A stretch of 64,000 bases of DNA from an uncultured Thermoleophilia bacterium (lineage in GTDB: Bacteria > Actinomycetota > Thermoleophilia > UBA2241): contig CAVPCT010000003.1 in assembly GCA_963702475.1 (NCBI GenBank), positions 160,001 to 224,000 of the forward strand, in the 5' to 3' direction. The first letter of the stretch is position 1, and the number at the start of each line of letters is the position of its first letter. Shown here piece after piece: positions 19,669 through 28,191 of this stretch. The notes beneath the pieces were generated by a model, which saw nothing but the letters and a program-made list of their open reading frames with translations, ran no database searches and was not told the origin of the DNA. The position numbers and the translations under genes are program-made.

Positions 19669-19822
19669 CCAGTGTACCTTTCGACGTTCGGGCGGTCTTC
19701 CTGGAGGCCGCTCAGCGCCGGCAGTCCCGCACTGAGCGGCCTTCAGCTCGCCGAGGCAGGCCGCCCGGGCGCCGCGGGGAGCGGCTCCCGGGCCGGATGT
19801 GGCCTGCTGCCTCGGAACGGGC

Positions 19823-20152
19823 TCAGGCGGTCAGGCAGCTGCCGTCCTGCAGGTGCAGGCGATCCTGGATCTTGTCCTTGGTGCGAAGCTTGATGGCGGC
19901 GACGGCGGTGCAGGAGCCGTCCTGCCGCCGCTTCTGGGCTTGGGCGCCGTTCTGCGCCTTCTGACCCTTCGTGGCCTTCTGGCCGTTCTGCGCCTTGACG
20001 GCGTCACCCGTGGGGATGCACGTCTGCGACGTGCAGGTGGCGTCCTTGAGCCGCTGCCGGTCCTGTTGGCGCGTCGCGGCGCCGGCGGTAGCCACGCTGG
20101 TGACGAACACTGCGGCGGCGGCAACGACCACAAACGTCTTGGCGAGCCTCAT
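19823..20152 (-). CDS. Small secreted basic protein with repeated DGSC-like motifs
   Basis: Signal peptide; RLKDATC, RRQDGSC, HLQDGSC; AAGGAGG RBS. Confidence 0.7.
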   Translation of the reverse strand: MRLAKTFVVVAAAAVFVTSVATAGAATRQQDRQRLKDATCTSQTCIPTGDAVKAQNGQKATKGQKAQNGAQAQKRRQDGSCTAVAAIKLRTKDKIQDRLHLQDGSCLTA

Positions 20153-20194
20153 CGGGGTCCTCCTTGGGTTCGTTTGACCCTGTGCACCCCGTTC

Positions 20195-20220
20195 AACGCA
20201 GCAGCCGGCTCAGCGTTACA
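20195..20220 (-). promoter_or_regulatory. ECF-type promoter TGTAAC-N16-CGTT
   Basis: Minus strand tgtaac gctgagccggctgctg cgtt, about 40 nt upstream of the 20152 start. Confidence 0.6.
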
Positions 20221-20287
20221 CCAAGGCGCGGCGTATCTTTCGTCGGTGCCGGATGGAGGGTCGGAGGGGAAGGGCGAGGTCGCCCTG

Positions 20288-21022
20288 CTACCCGCGGAGG
20301 TCCGTCATCATCTGGCGGATGGCGTCGGCGGACTCGTTCATGCCGAGCGCTCGGGAGATCTTCTCGGCCTCGGCGAGCTGCAGGGCTGCGTCGGTGCGCT
20401 GACCCTGCTCGCGATACCTCGTGGCCTGGTCGATCTCGAACTTGACCAGGTCCTTGAGCATGCGCCGGACCTCGGGGTCGTCGAGGTCGACGACCTTGCG
20501 GCTGGTGGTGACGATGATGTCGGCCAGCGGGACCTTGCGGTCGGGGACGGCCGGGGTCGGCGTAGCGGAGCAGGCGGCCGCGATCCCGGCCGGGCCGGCC
20601 GCTCCCGCCGGGCTGACAGCGTCCTCGTCGTCTGGCGGCCACCACGAGCCACCCGCCGTGCCGCGCAGGTCCTCGCCCGCCCACGCGGGGGCCGAGGGTG
20701 GCGGGACGACGGCGGGAGCGATCTCGCCGGTCGTGTCCTCAGTGAGGGAGACGGGGCCGGCCGGCCGAAACGGGGGCTCGGCGGCGGCCGAGTCGCTTCG
20801 CAGAGCGCGAACGGCCCGTGGCTCCAAGGTGACGTCTTCGACCGGCTCCTCGGCGCGGCCGAGTCCGTCGAACGTGTCCTGCGGCGAGAGGCCGAGGAAG
20901 GAGACGTCGTCCGGCGGCGGCTCGGGCTTGCTTCCGCGCCGCCGGGTGACGACGAGTGCGATGACCAGCAGCATGACCACGGCCGCGGCCACGGCGATGC
21001 CTACGATCTGCACGGTCGTCAT
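20288..21022 (-). CDS. Hypothetical single-TM protein with Pro-rich linker and helical C-terminal domain
   Basis: N-terminal TM followed by RRR; GGAGAGGA RBS. Confidence 0.7.
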   Translation of the reverse strand: MTTVQIVGIAVAAAVVMLLVIALVVTRRRGSKPEPPPDDVSFLGLSPQDTFDGLGRAEEPVEDVTLEPRAVRALRSDSAAAEPPFRPAGPVSLTEDTTGEIAPAVVPPPSAPAWAGEDLRGTAGGSWWPPDDEDAVSPAGAAGPAGIAAACSATPTPAVPDRKVPLADIIVTTSRKVVDLDDPEVRRMLKDLVKFEIDQATRYREQGQRTDAALQLAEAEKISRALGMNESADAIRQMMTDLRG

Positions 21023-21119
21023 GTCGTCTGGGTCCTCTCCCTCGCCGTCAGGTCGGTGTCGCTTGGTGTTCGCTCGTGCCGGTGGGCTTTCCTGTCCGTG
21101 TGCGCCGTACAATGGCAGG

Positions 21120-22151
21120 ATGCTCGACCCCGACACCATCGCGGCCGCCCTCGCGGACCTCCAGGAACCTCCGTACCGGACTCGCCAGGTCTATCAGTCT
21201 CTCACGCGAGGGCTCGTCACGGACTTCACGGAGATTACCACGCTGCCTCTCGCGCTGAGGAGGGCGCTGACCGAACGTCTGTCTCCAGTCACGTTGACGC
21301 CTGTGCGCACCGTCGGTACCCTGCGCGACGCCGCGCTCAAGACGCTGTTCGCCGCCGCCGACGGAGAGCCCGTCGAGGCGGTCCTCATGACCTACCCGAA
21401 GCGGGCGACGGTCTGCGTGTCCACTCAGGTAGGTTGTGCCGTCGGCTGCGCGTTCTGCGCTTCCGGGCGTCTGGGCCTGCACCGCGGGCTCACCGCCGAG
21501 GAGATGGTCGACCAGGTGCTGCACTTCGCGCGCGTCCTGCGGCAGAGAGGACGCGCGGTGACCAACGTCGTCTTCATGGGCATGGGCGAGCCGTTCCACA
21601 ACTATGAGGAGACACTGCGCGCGTGCCGCCTGCTGAACGACCCTGCCGGGTTCGACCTGGGCGCGCGGTCCATCGCCGTCTCCACCGTGGGAGTGGTGCC
21701 CGGCATCGACCGCTTCGCGGAGGAGCCGCTCCAGCTCCACCTGGCCGTGAGCCTGCACGCCGCCACCGACGCGCTCCGCGACAGGCTCGTGCCGCTCAAC
21801 CGCACTCACCCACTCGACGAGGTCTTCGCGGCGTGCGCGCGGTACGTGCGGCGCACGCGGCGCAAGGTGATGTTCGAGTACGTGGTGCTCGACGGTGTCA
21901 ACGACACTGACGAGCAGGCGCAGATGCTGGCGGCGCGCGTGCGGCCGCCTCTCTATCACCTCAATCTGATCGCGTACAACGAGACGGGCGGCGAGTTCAG
22001 GCGGCCTGCGGCCGCACGGCTCGCCGCCTTCAAGGCGCGTCTCGAAGCCGCCGGCGTCGGCGTCACCCTGCGGCGTTCGCCGGGCGAGGAGATCGAGGCG
22101 GCCTGCGGCCAGCTGGCGCTGCGCGCCGCGGAGCCTGCGCCGGGTCCCTGA
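21120..22151 (+). CDS. rlmN: 23S rRNA (adenine2503-C2)-methyltransferase RlmN
   Basis: CVSTQVGCAVGCAFCASG, MGMGEP, SLHA, AACGQL; TACAAT 6 nt before ATG. Confidence 0.93.
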   Translation: MLDPDTIAAALADLQEPPYRTRQVYQSLTRGLVTDFTEITTLPLALRRALTERLSPVTLTPVRTVGTLRDAALKTLFAAADGEPVEAVLMTYPKRATVCVSTQVGCAVGCAFCASGRLGLHRGLTAEEMVDQVLHFARVLRQRGRAVTNVVFMGMGEPFHNYEETLRACRLLNDPAGFDLGARSIAVSTVGVVPGIDRFAEEPLQLHLAVSLHAATDALRDRLVPLNRTHPLDEVFAACARYVRRTRRKVMFEYVVLDGVNDTDEQAQMLAARVRPPLYHLNLIAYNETGGEFRRPAAARLAAFKARLEAAGVGVTLRRSPGEEIEAACGQLALRAAEPAPGP

Positions 22152-22218
22152 ATCCGGCGCAGGCGCCTCGCCGTCGCGGACGGCCGGCCACGGCGAGACC
22201 GGCCGGCCGGCCGGCGCG

Positions 22219-23193
22219 TCAGTCCTGCGTCCAGGCCCGGCGCAGGTGTGCGGCGGCGGCCACCGGGTCCGCCGCCACCAGGGCGATGTCGGTGCCGAGC
22301 TCGAAGCCGGCGAGTGTCCAGAGGCGGGGAGCCAGCTCGAGGTGCCAGTGGAACGGGCCGCGAAGCTCGGCCGGTGCTGTGTGGAGCCAGAAGTTCAGCG
22401 GTGCGCCGCCGGTCGCCGCGTCGAGGGCGGAGAGGGCGCGGCCCAAGGAGTGCGCGAGCGGCCGCAGGTCGGCCTCGCGCACGTCCGGCTGGTGCTCCTG
22501 CGGCGCCAGCCAGAGTTCGGACGAGAAACGCAGCGCGGCCGGCACCCAGGCCGCCACGTCGCCGTCGTACACCAGGCGGTCGCCGGCGTTCTCCAGCTCC
22601 GCGCAGAGGACGCAGCCGCCGTAGCGGTTGCGGAACCGGGCGAACTCGGCCAGCTCCTCGAGCAGCAGCGGCGGCACGACCGGGGTCGCGAACAGCTGCG
22701 CGTGCGGGTGCGGCTGCGACGCACCGGCCACGGCACCGCGGTTCACGATCAGCGTGGCCGCAGCGGCTCCGTCCTCCAGCTGCCACGCGATGCGCCGTCG
22801 CCACAGCTCGAGCGCCTCGAGAAGCTGGTCCTCGCTGAGGTCCTCGAGCTCCGCGCCGTGGCGTGGGGAGTGCACGATGACTTCGTGTCTGCCCTGCAGG
22901 GCCGGGTACTTGTTGGCGAAGGCCCGCACCGTCCAGCCCGGCGAGTCGGCTGCGCCCCCGCCGGGCCTGACCGCGTCCACTTCCGGCGGGGTGAGGCGCT
23001 CGTTGCCTTCGCAGAACGGGCAGGCGCCGGCCGCGCCGGCCGCGCCCGCCCCGCCGGAGACCACGCCGGCCGCCGCGCGGCCGCCGGACGCATCGTGCGG
23101 ACGCGCGGCTCGCGCCGGCGCCACGATCGCCAGCTTGCCGTTGATCGGATTGCGGCGGAGCTCACCGCCGCGCGACTGCTCGCTCTGCTCCAC
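22219..23193 (-). CDS. galT: Galactose-1-phosphate uridylyltransferase family
   Basis: CPFCEGNE, NKYPAL, GASQPHPHAQ (HxHxQ), FHWH, AGFELG. Confidence 0.82.
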   Translation of the reverse strand: MEQSEQSRGGELRRNPINGKLAIVAPARAARPHDASGGRAAAGVVSGGAGAAGAAGACPFCEGNERLTPPEVDAVRPGGGAADSPGWTVRAFANKYPALQGRHEVIVHSPRHGAELEDLSEDQLLEALELWRRRIAWQLEDGAAAATLIVNRGAVAGASQPHPHAQLFATPVVPPLLLEELAEFARFRNRYGGCVLCAELENAGDRLVYDGDVAAWVPAALRFSSELWLAPQEHQPDVREADLRPLAHSLGRALSALDAATGGAPLNFWLHTAPAELRGPFHWHLELAPRLWTLAGFELGTDIALVAADPVAAAAHLRRAWTQD

Positions 23194-23203
23194 GCGCCTG
23201 ACA

Positions 23204-23941
23204 CTAGTCCGAGTCGAGCGAGGCGTCGAGTGTGAGGCGCGGGTCGTCGTCCTTGGAACGGTAGAGCTGGCGCGCGTCGCGCAGCTTGTCGTAGCCGTCG
23301 TCGAGCACCGCTCCCATGTCGCGCCACAGGCACAGGTCCTGCTTGAGGTGCTTCGCCTTGATCTCCTCGGTGCACTCGTCCACCAGCGGGCACGCGAAGC
23401 ACACCTCGTTCTCCACGGCCGTGGCGCCCTTCTTGGACAGCTCGCCCTCGTCGATGCGCCGGTAGGCGTCGAGCAGGAGCTCCTGGACGTCGCCCTGTAT
23501 GGCGATCTGGAAGTGAGGCATGGTTTCGGGCTCGTCGTAGATGAACACGCCGTTGCGCCAGTGGGCGAGCTCGAACACCTGGTCGGTGGTCTGGCGCTCC
23601 ATGACCTCGCGGATCCTGTCCTGGCTTGTGAAACCGGCCTCGATCAGGCGCTGGCCGAGCGGTTTGAGCTTGCGCTGTTCGCGCGAGAGGGAGGAATCCT
23701 CCATCAGGGCCTCGGCGAGTTGTTGCTCACTGATGCACCCCGCCTTGATCAGCCTTGCCCCCAGCTTCTCGTCGGTGATGGGCAGCGAGATGGCCTCCAC
23801 CCGTCCCTTCACGAGGTAGATGAAGCCGTACTCCTCGAAGTCGCGCACCTCGAGGACGCCGGTGGTCGCGTTCTGGGCGAGGAACTGCAGTACGCTGGCG
23901 AGGCTGAACTTGCGGATCGATCCCTGCAGAAGCATGCGCAT
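23204..23941 (-). CDS. DUF4388/PATAN-domain protein with MshEN-like repeats and Cys-rich C-terminus
   Basis: LQGSIRKFSLASVLQFL..TGVL; KLGARLIKAG, LGQRLIEAG; CFAC..C..C. Confidence 0.75.
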   Translation of the reverse strand: MRMLLQGSIRKFSLASVLQFLAQNATTGVLEVRDFEEYGFIYLVKGRVEAISLPITDEKLGARLIKAGCISEQQLAEALMEDSSLSREQRKLKPLGQRLIEAGFTSQDRIREVMERQTTDQVFELAHWRNGVFIYDEPETMPHFQIAIQGDVQELLLDAYRRIDEGELSKKGATAVENEVCFACPLVDECTEEIKAKHLKQDLCLWRDMGAVLDDGYDKLRDARQLYRSKDDDPRLTLDASLDSD

Positions 23942-24038
23942 CCCTCACGGTGACCGTGGTCAGTGGGAGTATCGGCATGCTCGGGCGAAAGGTTAGGCGC
24001 GCAGCGCCCGGGTCTGGCGCGTGTCCGCGCGACCCAAA

Positions 24039-24068
24039 TTGACCCCGCCTCCGGCGCCTCGGTATACT
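24039..24068 (+). promoter_or_regulatory. Housekeeping sigma promoter for the rpmH operon
   Basis: TTGACC-N18-TATACT. Confidence 0.7.
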
Positions 24069-24105
24069 GCGCTTTCTGAGTATCGGCAATCCATGCGAGG
24101 AAGCA

Positions 24106-24240
24106 GTGAAGAGGACCTATCAACCGAACACCCGCAAGCGCAGCAAGACCCACGGCTTCCGCAAGCGGATGAGTACCCGCGCGGGTAGGGTGGTCATCAA
24201 GAAGCGTCGGCAGAAGGGGCGCAAGCGCCTTTCCGCCTGA
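24106..24240 (+). CDS. rpmH: 50S ribosomal protein L34
   Basis: [44 protein letters not shown] (below the ORF-track length cutoff). Confidence 0.97.
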   Translation: MKRTYQPNTRKRSKTHGFRKRMSTRAGRVVIKKRRQKGRKRLSA

Positions 24241-24249
24241 CGCCGGCCG

Positions 24250-24636
24250 ATGGCCAGCAAGCGTCCCCGTCTCTCCCGGTCTTCGGACTTCCAGCGCATC
24301 TACAGGCAGGGGACGTCGACGGCCTCCCGCTTCCTCGTGCTCTACTCGTTCAAGCGCCCGCCTGAGGCGGGCGCAGAGGGGCCAAGACTGGGCCTGTCGG
24401 TCTCGAAGAAGCTGGGCGGCGCCGTCGTCCGCAACCGTGTCAAGCGTCTGCTCCGCGAGGCCGTGCAGGCCTGCGCGGGGCGGTTGGCTGAGGAGTACGA
24501 TCTCGTCGTGATCGCACGACCGCAACTGCTCGACCTCATCGCGCGCGAGAGCGTCGGTGAAAAGGGGCTGGTCGGCGAGGCCCTGCGGGAGCTCCTCGCG
24601 CGCGCCGGCGTGCTGCGGGAGGCGACCGAGGCGTGA
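24250..24636 (+). CDS. rnpA: Ribonuclease P protein component
   Basis: [25 protein letters not shown]. Confidence 0.95.
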   Translation: MASKRPRLSRSSDFQRIYRQGTSTASRFLVLYSFKRPPEAGAEGPRLGLSVSKKLGGAVVRNRVKRLLREAVQACAGRLAEEYDLVVIARPQLLDLIARESVGEKGLVGEALRELLARAGVLREATEA

Positions 24637-24911
24637 AGGCCGTGCCCGGTGTGATCCTCATCGCGTTGATCAGGGTGTATCAGTACACGCTGTCGCCCAT
24701 GCTCGGCCAGCGCTGCAAGTACTATCCCTCGTGCTCCAACTACGCGATCGGCGCGCTGCGCGAGCACGGCGCCCTCCGCGGCATCGGGCTCGCGGCCTGG
24801 CGCCTTCTTCGCTGCAACCCGTTCACCAACGGCGGGTACGACCCGGTCCCCCCGCGCCACCCCGGCTGCGAGCACGACCATCCCGAGGCCAACGTGAGCG
24901 CGCATGTATAA
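24633..24911 (+). CDS. yidD: Membrane protein insertion efficiency factor YidD
   Basis: [25 protein letters not shown]. Confidence 0.93.
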   Translation: MKAVPGVILIALIRVYQYTLSPMLGQRCKYYPSCSNYAIGALREHGALRGIGLAAWRLLRCNPFTNGGYDPVPPRHPGCEHDHPEANVSAHV

Positions 24912-26100
24912 CATCCCGGTCATCAGCCAGCTCATCCTGCTGCTGCACTGGGTCCTCGTCACCATCAACGACTGGCTGGCGTCCCTGGGGCTCGGCTCCA
25001 ACTGGACGTGGGGCCTCGCCATCATCGGCCTCACCATCATCGTCCGGCTCATCCTCTTCCCGCTCACGTGGAAGCAGTTCAGCTCGGCCCAGGCCATGCA
25101 GGCCATCCAGCCGCAGCTCAAGGAGCTGCAGAAGAAGTACAAGAGCGACCGCCAGAAGCTGCAGGCGGAGACCATGGCGCTCTACTCGGCGCACCGGGTC
25201 AACCCGTTCGCCTCGTGCCTGCCCATCATCCTGCAGCTGCCGGTCTTCATCGGCCTGTATGCGGCCATCAAGGGGCTCGGGCCCCTGGAGGCGCCGCAGT
25301 ACCAGGCGTCGGTCGAGGCCCTCAACCAGGCATCCTTCCTGTGGATCCCGCAGCTGGGACTGCCCGACCCGTACTACGTGCTGCTCGTCGTCTACGTCGT
25401 GTCCCAGCTGGTCTCCACCGAGCTCATGCTGGTCAATCAGACCGACAAGTCGCAGAAGATGATCATGCGGGCGATGCCCATCATCTTCGTGATCTTCCTC
25501 TGGAACTTCCCGGCGGGCCTCTTCGTGTACTGGGTCACCACCAACCTGTGGACGATCGGCCAGCAGCTGCTCATCCGCAAGGTGATGAAGCCGAAGACGG
25601 CGGAAGAGCTGCAGGCGCGGCCGGCGAAGCGCAGCCGCTTCATGGAGGCCATCGCCTCAGCGGGCGGCAAGGGCTCGCCGCAGACGCGCGAAGAGCTCGT
25701 CGCCAAGCAGCGCGCCGAGAAGGCTGTCGCGTCCGGCAAGGGCGGCTCCGGCAAGGCGCCCGTCAAGGCTCCGGCGAAGGGCGCCGGGGCGAAAACGGGC
25801 GCGAAGGGCGCCGGCTCGGGTCAGGCGGGTACGAAGAAGCCCGCCGGTCAGGCGGGCGCGAAGCAGGGGGCCGCCGCCCAGAGCGGTGCCGGCCAGGGTG
25901 CCGCCAAGAAGGGCGGCCAGACAGCGGGCCGCAAGCCGCCGCCGGGCAAGGGCAAGCGCAAGGCAAGCTCGCAGGGCGGGAGCGGCGGCCCCTCGGCGCA
26001 GCAGGGCGGCGGTGACGGCTCCCAGACGCAACGGGCCGGCAGCGAGAGCGCCCCGGCCCAGGGGCGGGGCACAGACGCGAGTGACACGGCTGGCGGCTGA
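24904..26100 (+). CDS. yidC: Membrane protein insertase YidC with long basic low-complexity tail
   Basis: [44 protein letters not shown]. Confidence 0.93.
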   Translation: MYNIPVISQLILLLHWVLVTINDWLASLGLGSNWTWGLAIIGLTIIVRLILFPLTWKQFSSAQAMQAIQPQLKELQKKYKSDRQKLQAETMALYSAHRVNPFASCLPIILQLPVFIGLYAAIKGLGPLEAPQYQASVEALNQASFLWIPQLGLPDPYYVLLVVYVVSQLVSTELMLVNQTDKSQKMIMRAMPIIFVIFLWNFPAGLFVYWVTTNLWTIGQQLLIRKVMKPKTAEELQARPAKRSRFMEAIASAGGKGSPQTREELVAKQRAEKAVASGKGGSGKAPVKAPAKGAGAKTGAKGAGSGQAGTKKPAGQAGAKQGAAAQSGAGQGAAKKGGQTAGRKPPPGKGKRKASSQGGSGGPSAQQGGGDGSQTQRAGSESAPAQGRGTDASDTAGG

Positions 26101-26145
26101 GCCGCCCGCCGCACCAACGCCACAGGTTGGCAAGCGGAGGCATCC

Positions 26146-26889
26146 ATGGCAGAGCCTGACGAGCTCCCGTCTCTCGACGACGGCGAGGAAGAGACCGAGT
26201 TCGCGACCATCGCCGCGGCCGGCACCATCGAAGAGGCGAAGCGAAAGGCGTTGGAGCAGCTCCGCAAGGTGGTCCCTCTGGTCAACGAAGCCGACGTTGA
26301 GTTCGTCGTCGTCGAAGAGGGCAGCAAGGGCGGCTTCTTCGGGCGTGGCAAGGCCGAGGCTCGCGTCGAGGCGCGCCTGCGGCCTGCGTCGGAGCGGGAG
26401 TCGGTCCCGGAAGACGACGGCAGCGAGGTGTCGGTGGGCGCCGAGGTGCTGCGGGACTTCGTGCAGACCACGGTCAGCCTCATGGGCATCGAGGCGCACG
26501 TGAGTGCGTTCGAGAGTGGCGAGGCGGTGCGCGCCGAGGTCAGTGGCGACGACCTGGGCCTGCTCATCGGCCGCCACGGGGCCACCATCGATGCGCTGCA
26601 GTACCTGGCCGCCATCGTGGTGAACGGCGACAGGCGTGACCGCCGGCAGGTGGTCGTCGACGCCGAGGGGTACCGCGCGCGGCGTGAGGCGGCGCTGGTC
26701 TCGCTGGCCGACCGCATGGCTCAGAAGGTCATGCGCGAGGGAACGCCCATCGCCCTGAAACCCATGACGGCCGCCGAGCGCAAGGTCGTGCACCTCCACC
26801 TCAAGGACCATCCGCGCGTGACGACGGCCTCCGAGGGCAGCGAGCCCTTCCGCGCCGTGGTCATCTCCCTGAGGCGACCCGACGCCTGA
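26146..26889 (+). CDS. jag: RNA-binding protein Jag/KhpB (EloR)
   Basis: Jag_N (KGGFFG), KH LIGRHGATIDALQ, R3H ERKVVH. Confidence 0.92.
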   Translation: MAEPDELPSLDDGEEETEFATIAAAGTIEEAKRKALEQLRKVVPLVNEADVEFVVVEEGSKGGFFGRGKAEARVEARLRPASERESVPEDDGSEVSVGAEVLRDFVQTTVSLMGIEAHVSAFESGEAVRAEVSGDDLGLLIGRHGATIDALQYLAAIVVNGDRRDRRQVVVDAEGYRARREAALVSLADRMAQKVMREGTPIALKPMTAAERKVVHLHLKDHPRVTTASEGSEPFRAVVISLRRPDA

Positions 26890-27069
26890 TCCGCGGGGTC
26901 GCCCGCCGCGCGGCGGCGGGCCTTCTGCGGCCGACCGCGGCCGGGTGTGCGAACGCGGCGACCTCGACGAAGCGTCTCCGCCCTCAGGGAGCCGGGCACA
27001 TGCTCCGATACACTAGAGGAGCGCGTCTACCGGCGTGCCGGGACTGGTAGCGACAGGGAGGGGACCCTC

Positions 27070-28062
27070 ATGCGTTTCAAGTCATCAGGTTCGTGGGCCG
27101 CGGTGGTGCTCGCGGTCGCGCTGCTCCTCGTGGCGGCCGCCTGCGGCGGCGACGCCTCGCCGGACTCGGGCGCGAGCGGTGCCGCGGCGCTCGCCGGGGT
27201 GTCGGCGGACCAGGTCGTCAAGGACAGCGAAGCGGCCATGGCCGACATCACGAGCGCCTCGTTCGTGATGGATGCCGGGGTGACCATGCAGGGCGACACC
27301 AGCAAGATCACCGACCCCACGACCAAGGCGCTTCTTGCAGACGGCGTCACGGTGCACGCCGAGGGCGCGAGCCAGAGCGACCCCACGGCGGCCGACATGA
27401 CGCTCAGCCTGGGGATGTCCGGGCAGACGCTGGAGCTCGGGATGAAGACCCAGGGTGCGAAGTCATGGGTCGGGTTCCAGGACCAGTGGTACAAGGTCGA
27501 CGCGGAGAGCGGCAGCAGCCTGGACGAGCAGGCGCAGATCGGCGCCGACCCCAACGCCCAGCTCGAGAGCCTGGGTCTGGATCCGTCCACGTGGGGCCTT
27601 GAGTACACCCTGGTCGGCGAGGAGACGCTGAACGGCGTCAAGGTGTACCACGTCAAGGGCACCGCCGACCCGCAGAAGCTCGCCGACGCCCTGCTCAAGG
27701 CGTCCGAGGACCCCAAGCTGTCCGAGAAGCTCGGCGGCAGCGACCAACTGGAGGGACTCGGCGACAGCCTCGGCCAGAACAAGGCGCAGCTCGAGGAACT
27801 GACCAAGGGGCTCAAGGAGGCCACGGTCGACTACTGGATCGGCGTGGACGACAGCCTCATCTACAAGATGCAGATGACGGGAACGCTCGACACCACAAGC
27901 CAGGAGGACATGTCGGGCGTCGAGGGCATCACGATGAAGCTGACCGTCTCCATGTCGGACTTCGATCAGCCCGTCACGATCACGCCGCCCGAGGACGCGC
28001 AGTCCCTCGACAAGCTGATGGAGCAGATGTTCGGCGGCCTGGGGGCCGGCCTGAGCTACTGA
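27070..28062 (+). CDS. Lipoprotein, LppX/LprAFG-like fold
   Basis: Lipobox LVAAAC; GEETLNG..YH, YWIG, SDFDQPVTITPP. Confidence 0.7.
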   Translation: MRFKSSGSWAAVVLAVALLLVAAACGGDASPDSGASGAAALAGVSADQVVKDSEAAMADITSASFVMDAGVTMQGDTSKITDPTTKALLADGVTVHAEGASQSDPTAADMTLSLGMSGQTLELGMKTQGAKSWVGFQDQWYKVDAESGSSLDEQAQIGADPNAQLESLGLDPSTWGLEYTLVGEETLNGVKVYHVKGTADPQKLADALLKASEDPKLSEKLGGSDQLEGLGDSLGQNKAQLEELTKGLKEATVDYWIGVDDSLIYKMQMTGTLDTTSQEDMSGVEGITMKLTVSMSDFDQPVTITPPEDAQSLDKLMEQMFGGLGAGLSY

Positions 28063-28121
28063 GCTACGAGAGCGCGCGGCACGCCGGGCGGCACGCCGGC
28101 GCGTGGGCGCTCATGCGGGAG

Positions 28122-28164
28122 ACGCGACGGGCCGGCGGTGCACAGCACCGCCGGCCCGTCGCGT
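28122..28164. terminator. Probable bidirectional terminator between convergent genes
   Basis: 20-bp perfect stem acgcgacgggccggcggtgc-aca-gcaccgccggcccgtcgcgt. Confidence 0.7.
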
Positions 28165-28191
28165 TCGTCTCTCGCCGCGCGCCCTTCGCGC

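Noticed and set aside
23941-24105. oriC upstream of rpmH
   Set aside because: No TTATCCACA-like cluster or AT-rich unwinding element, and dnaA is not adjacent
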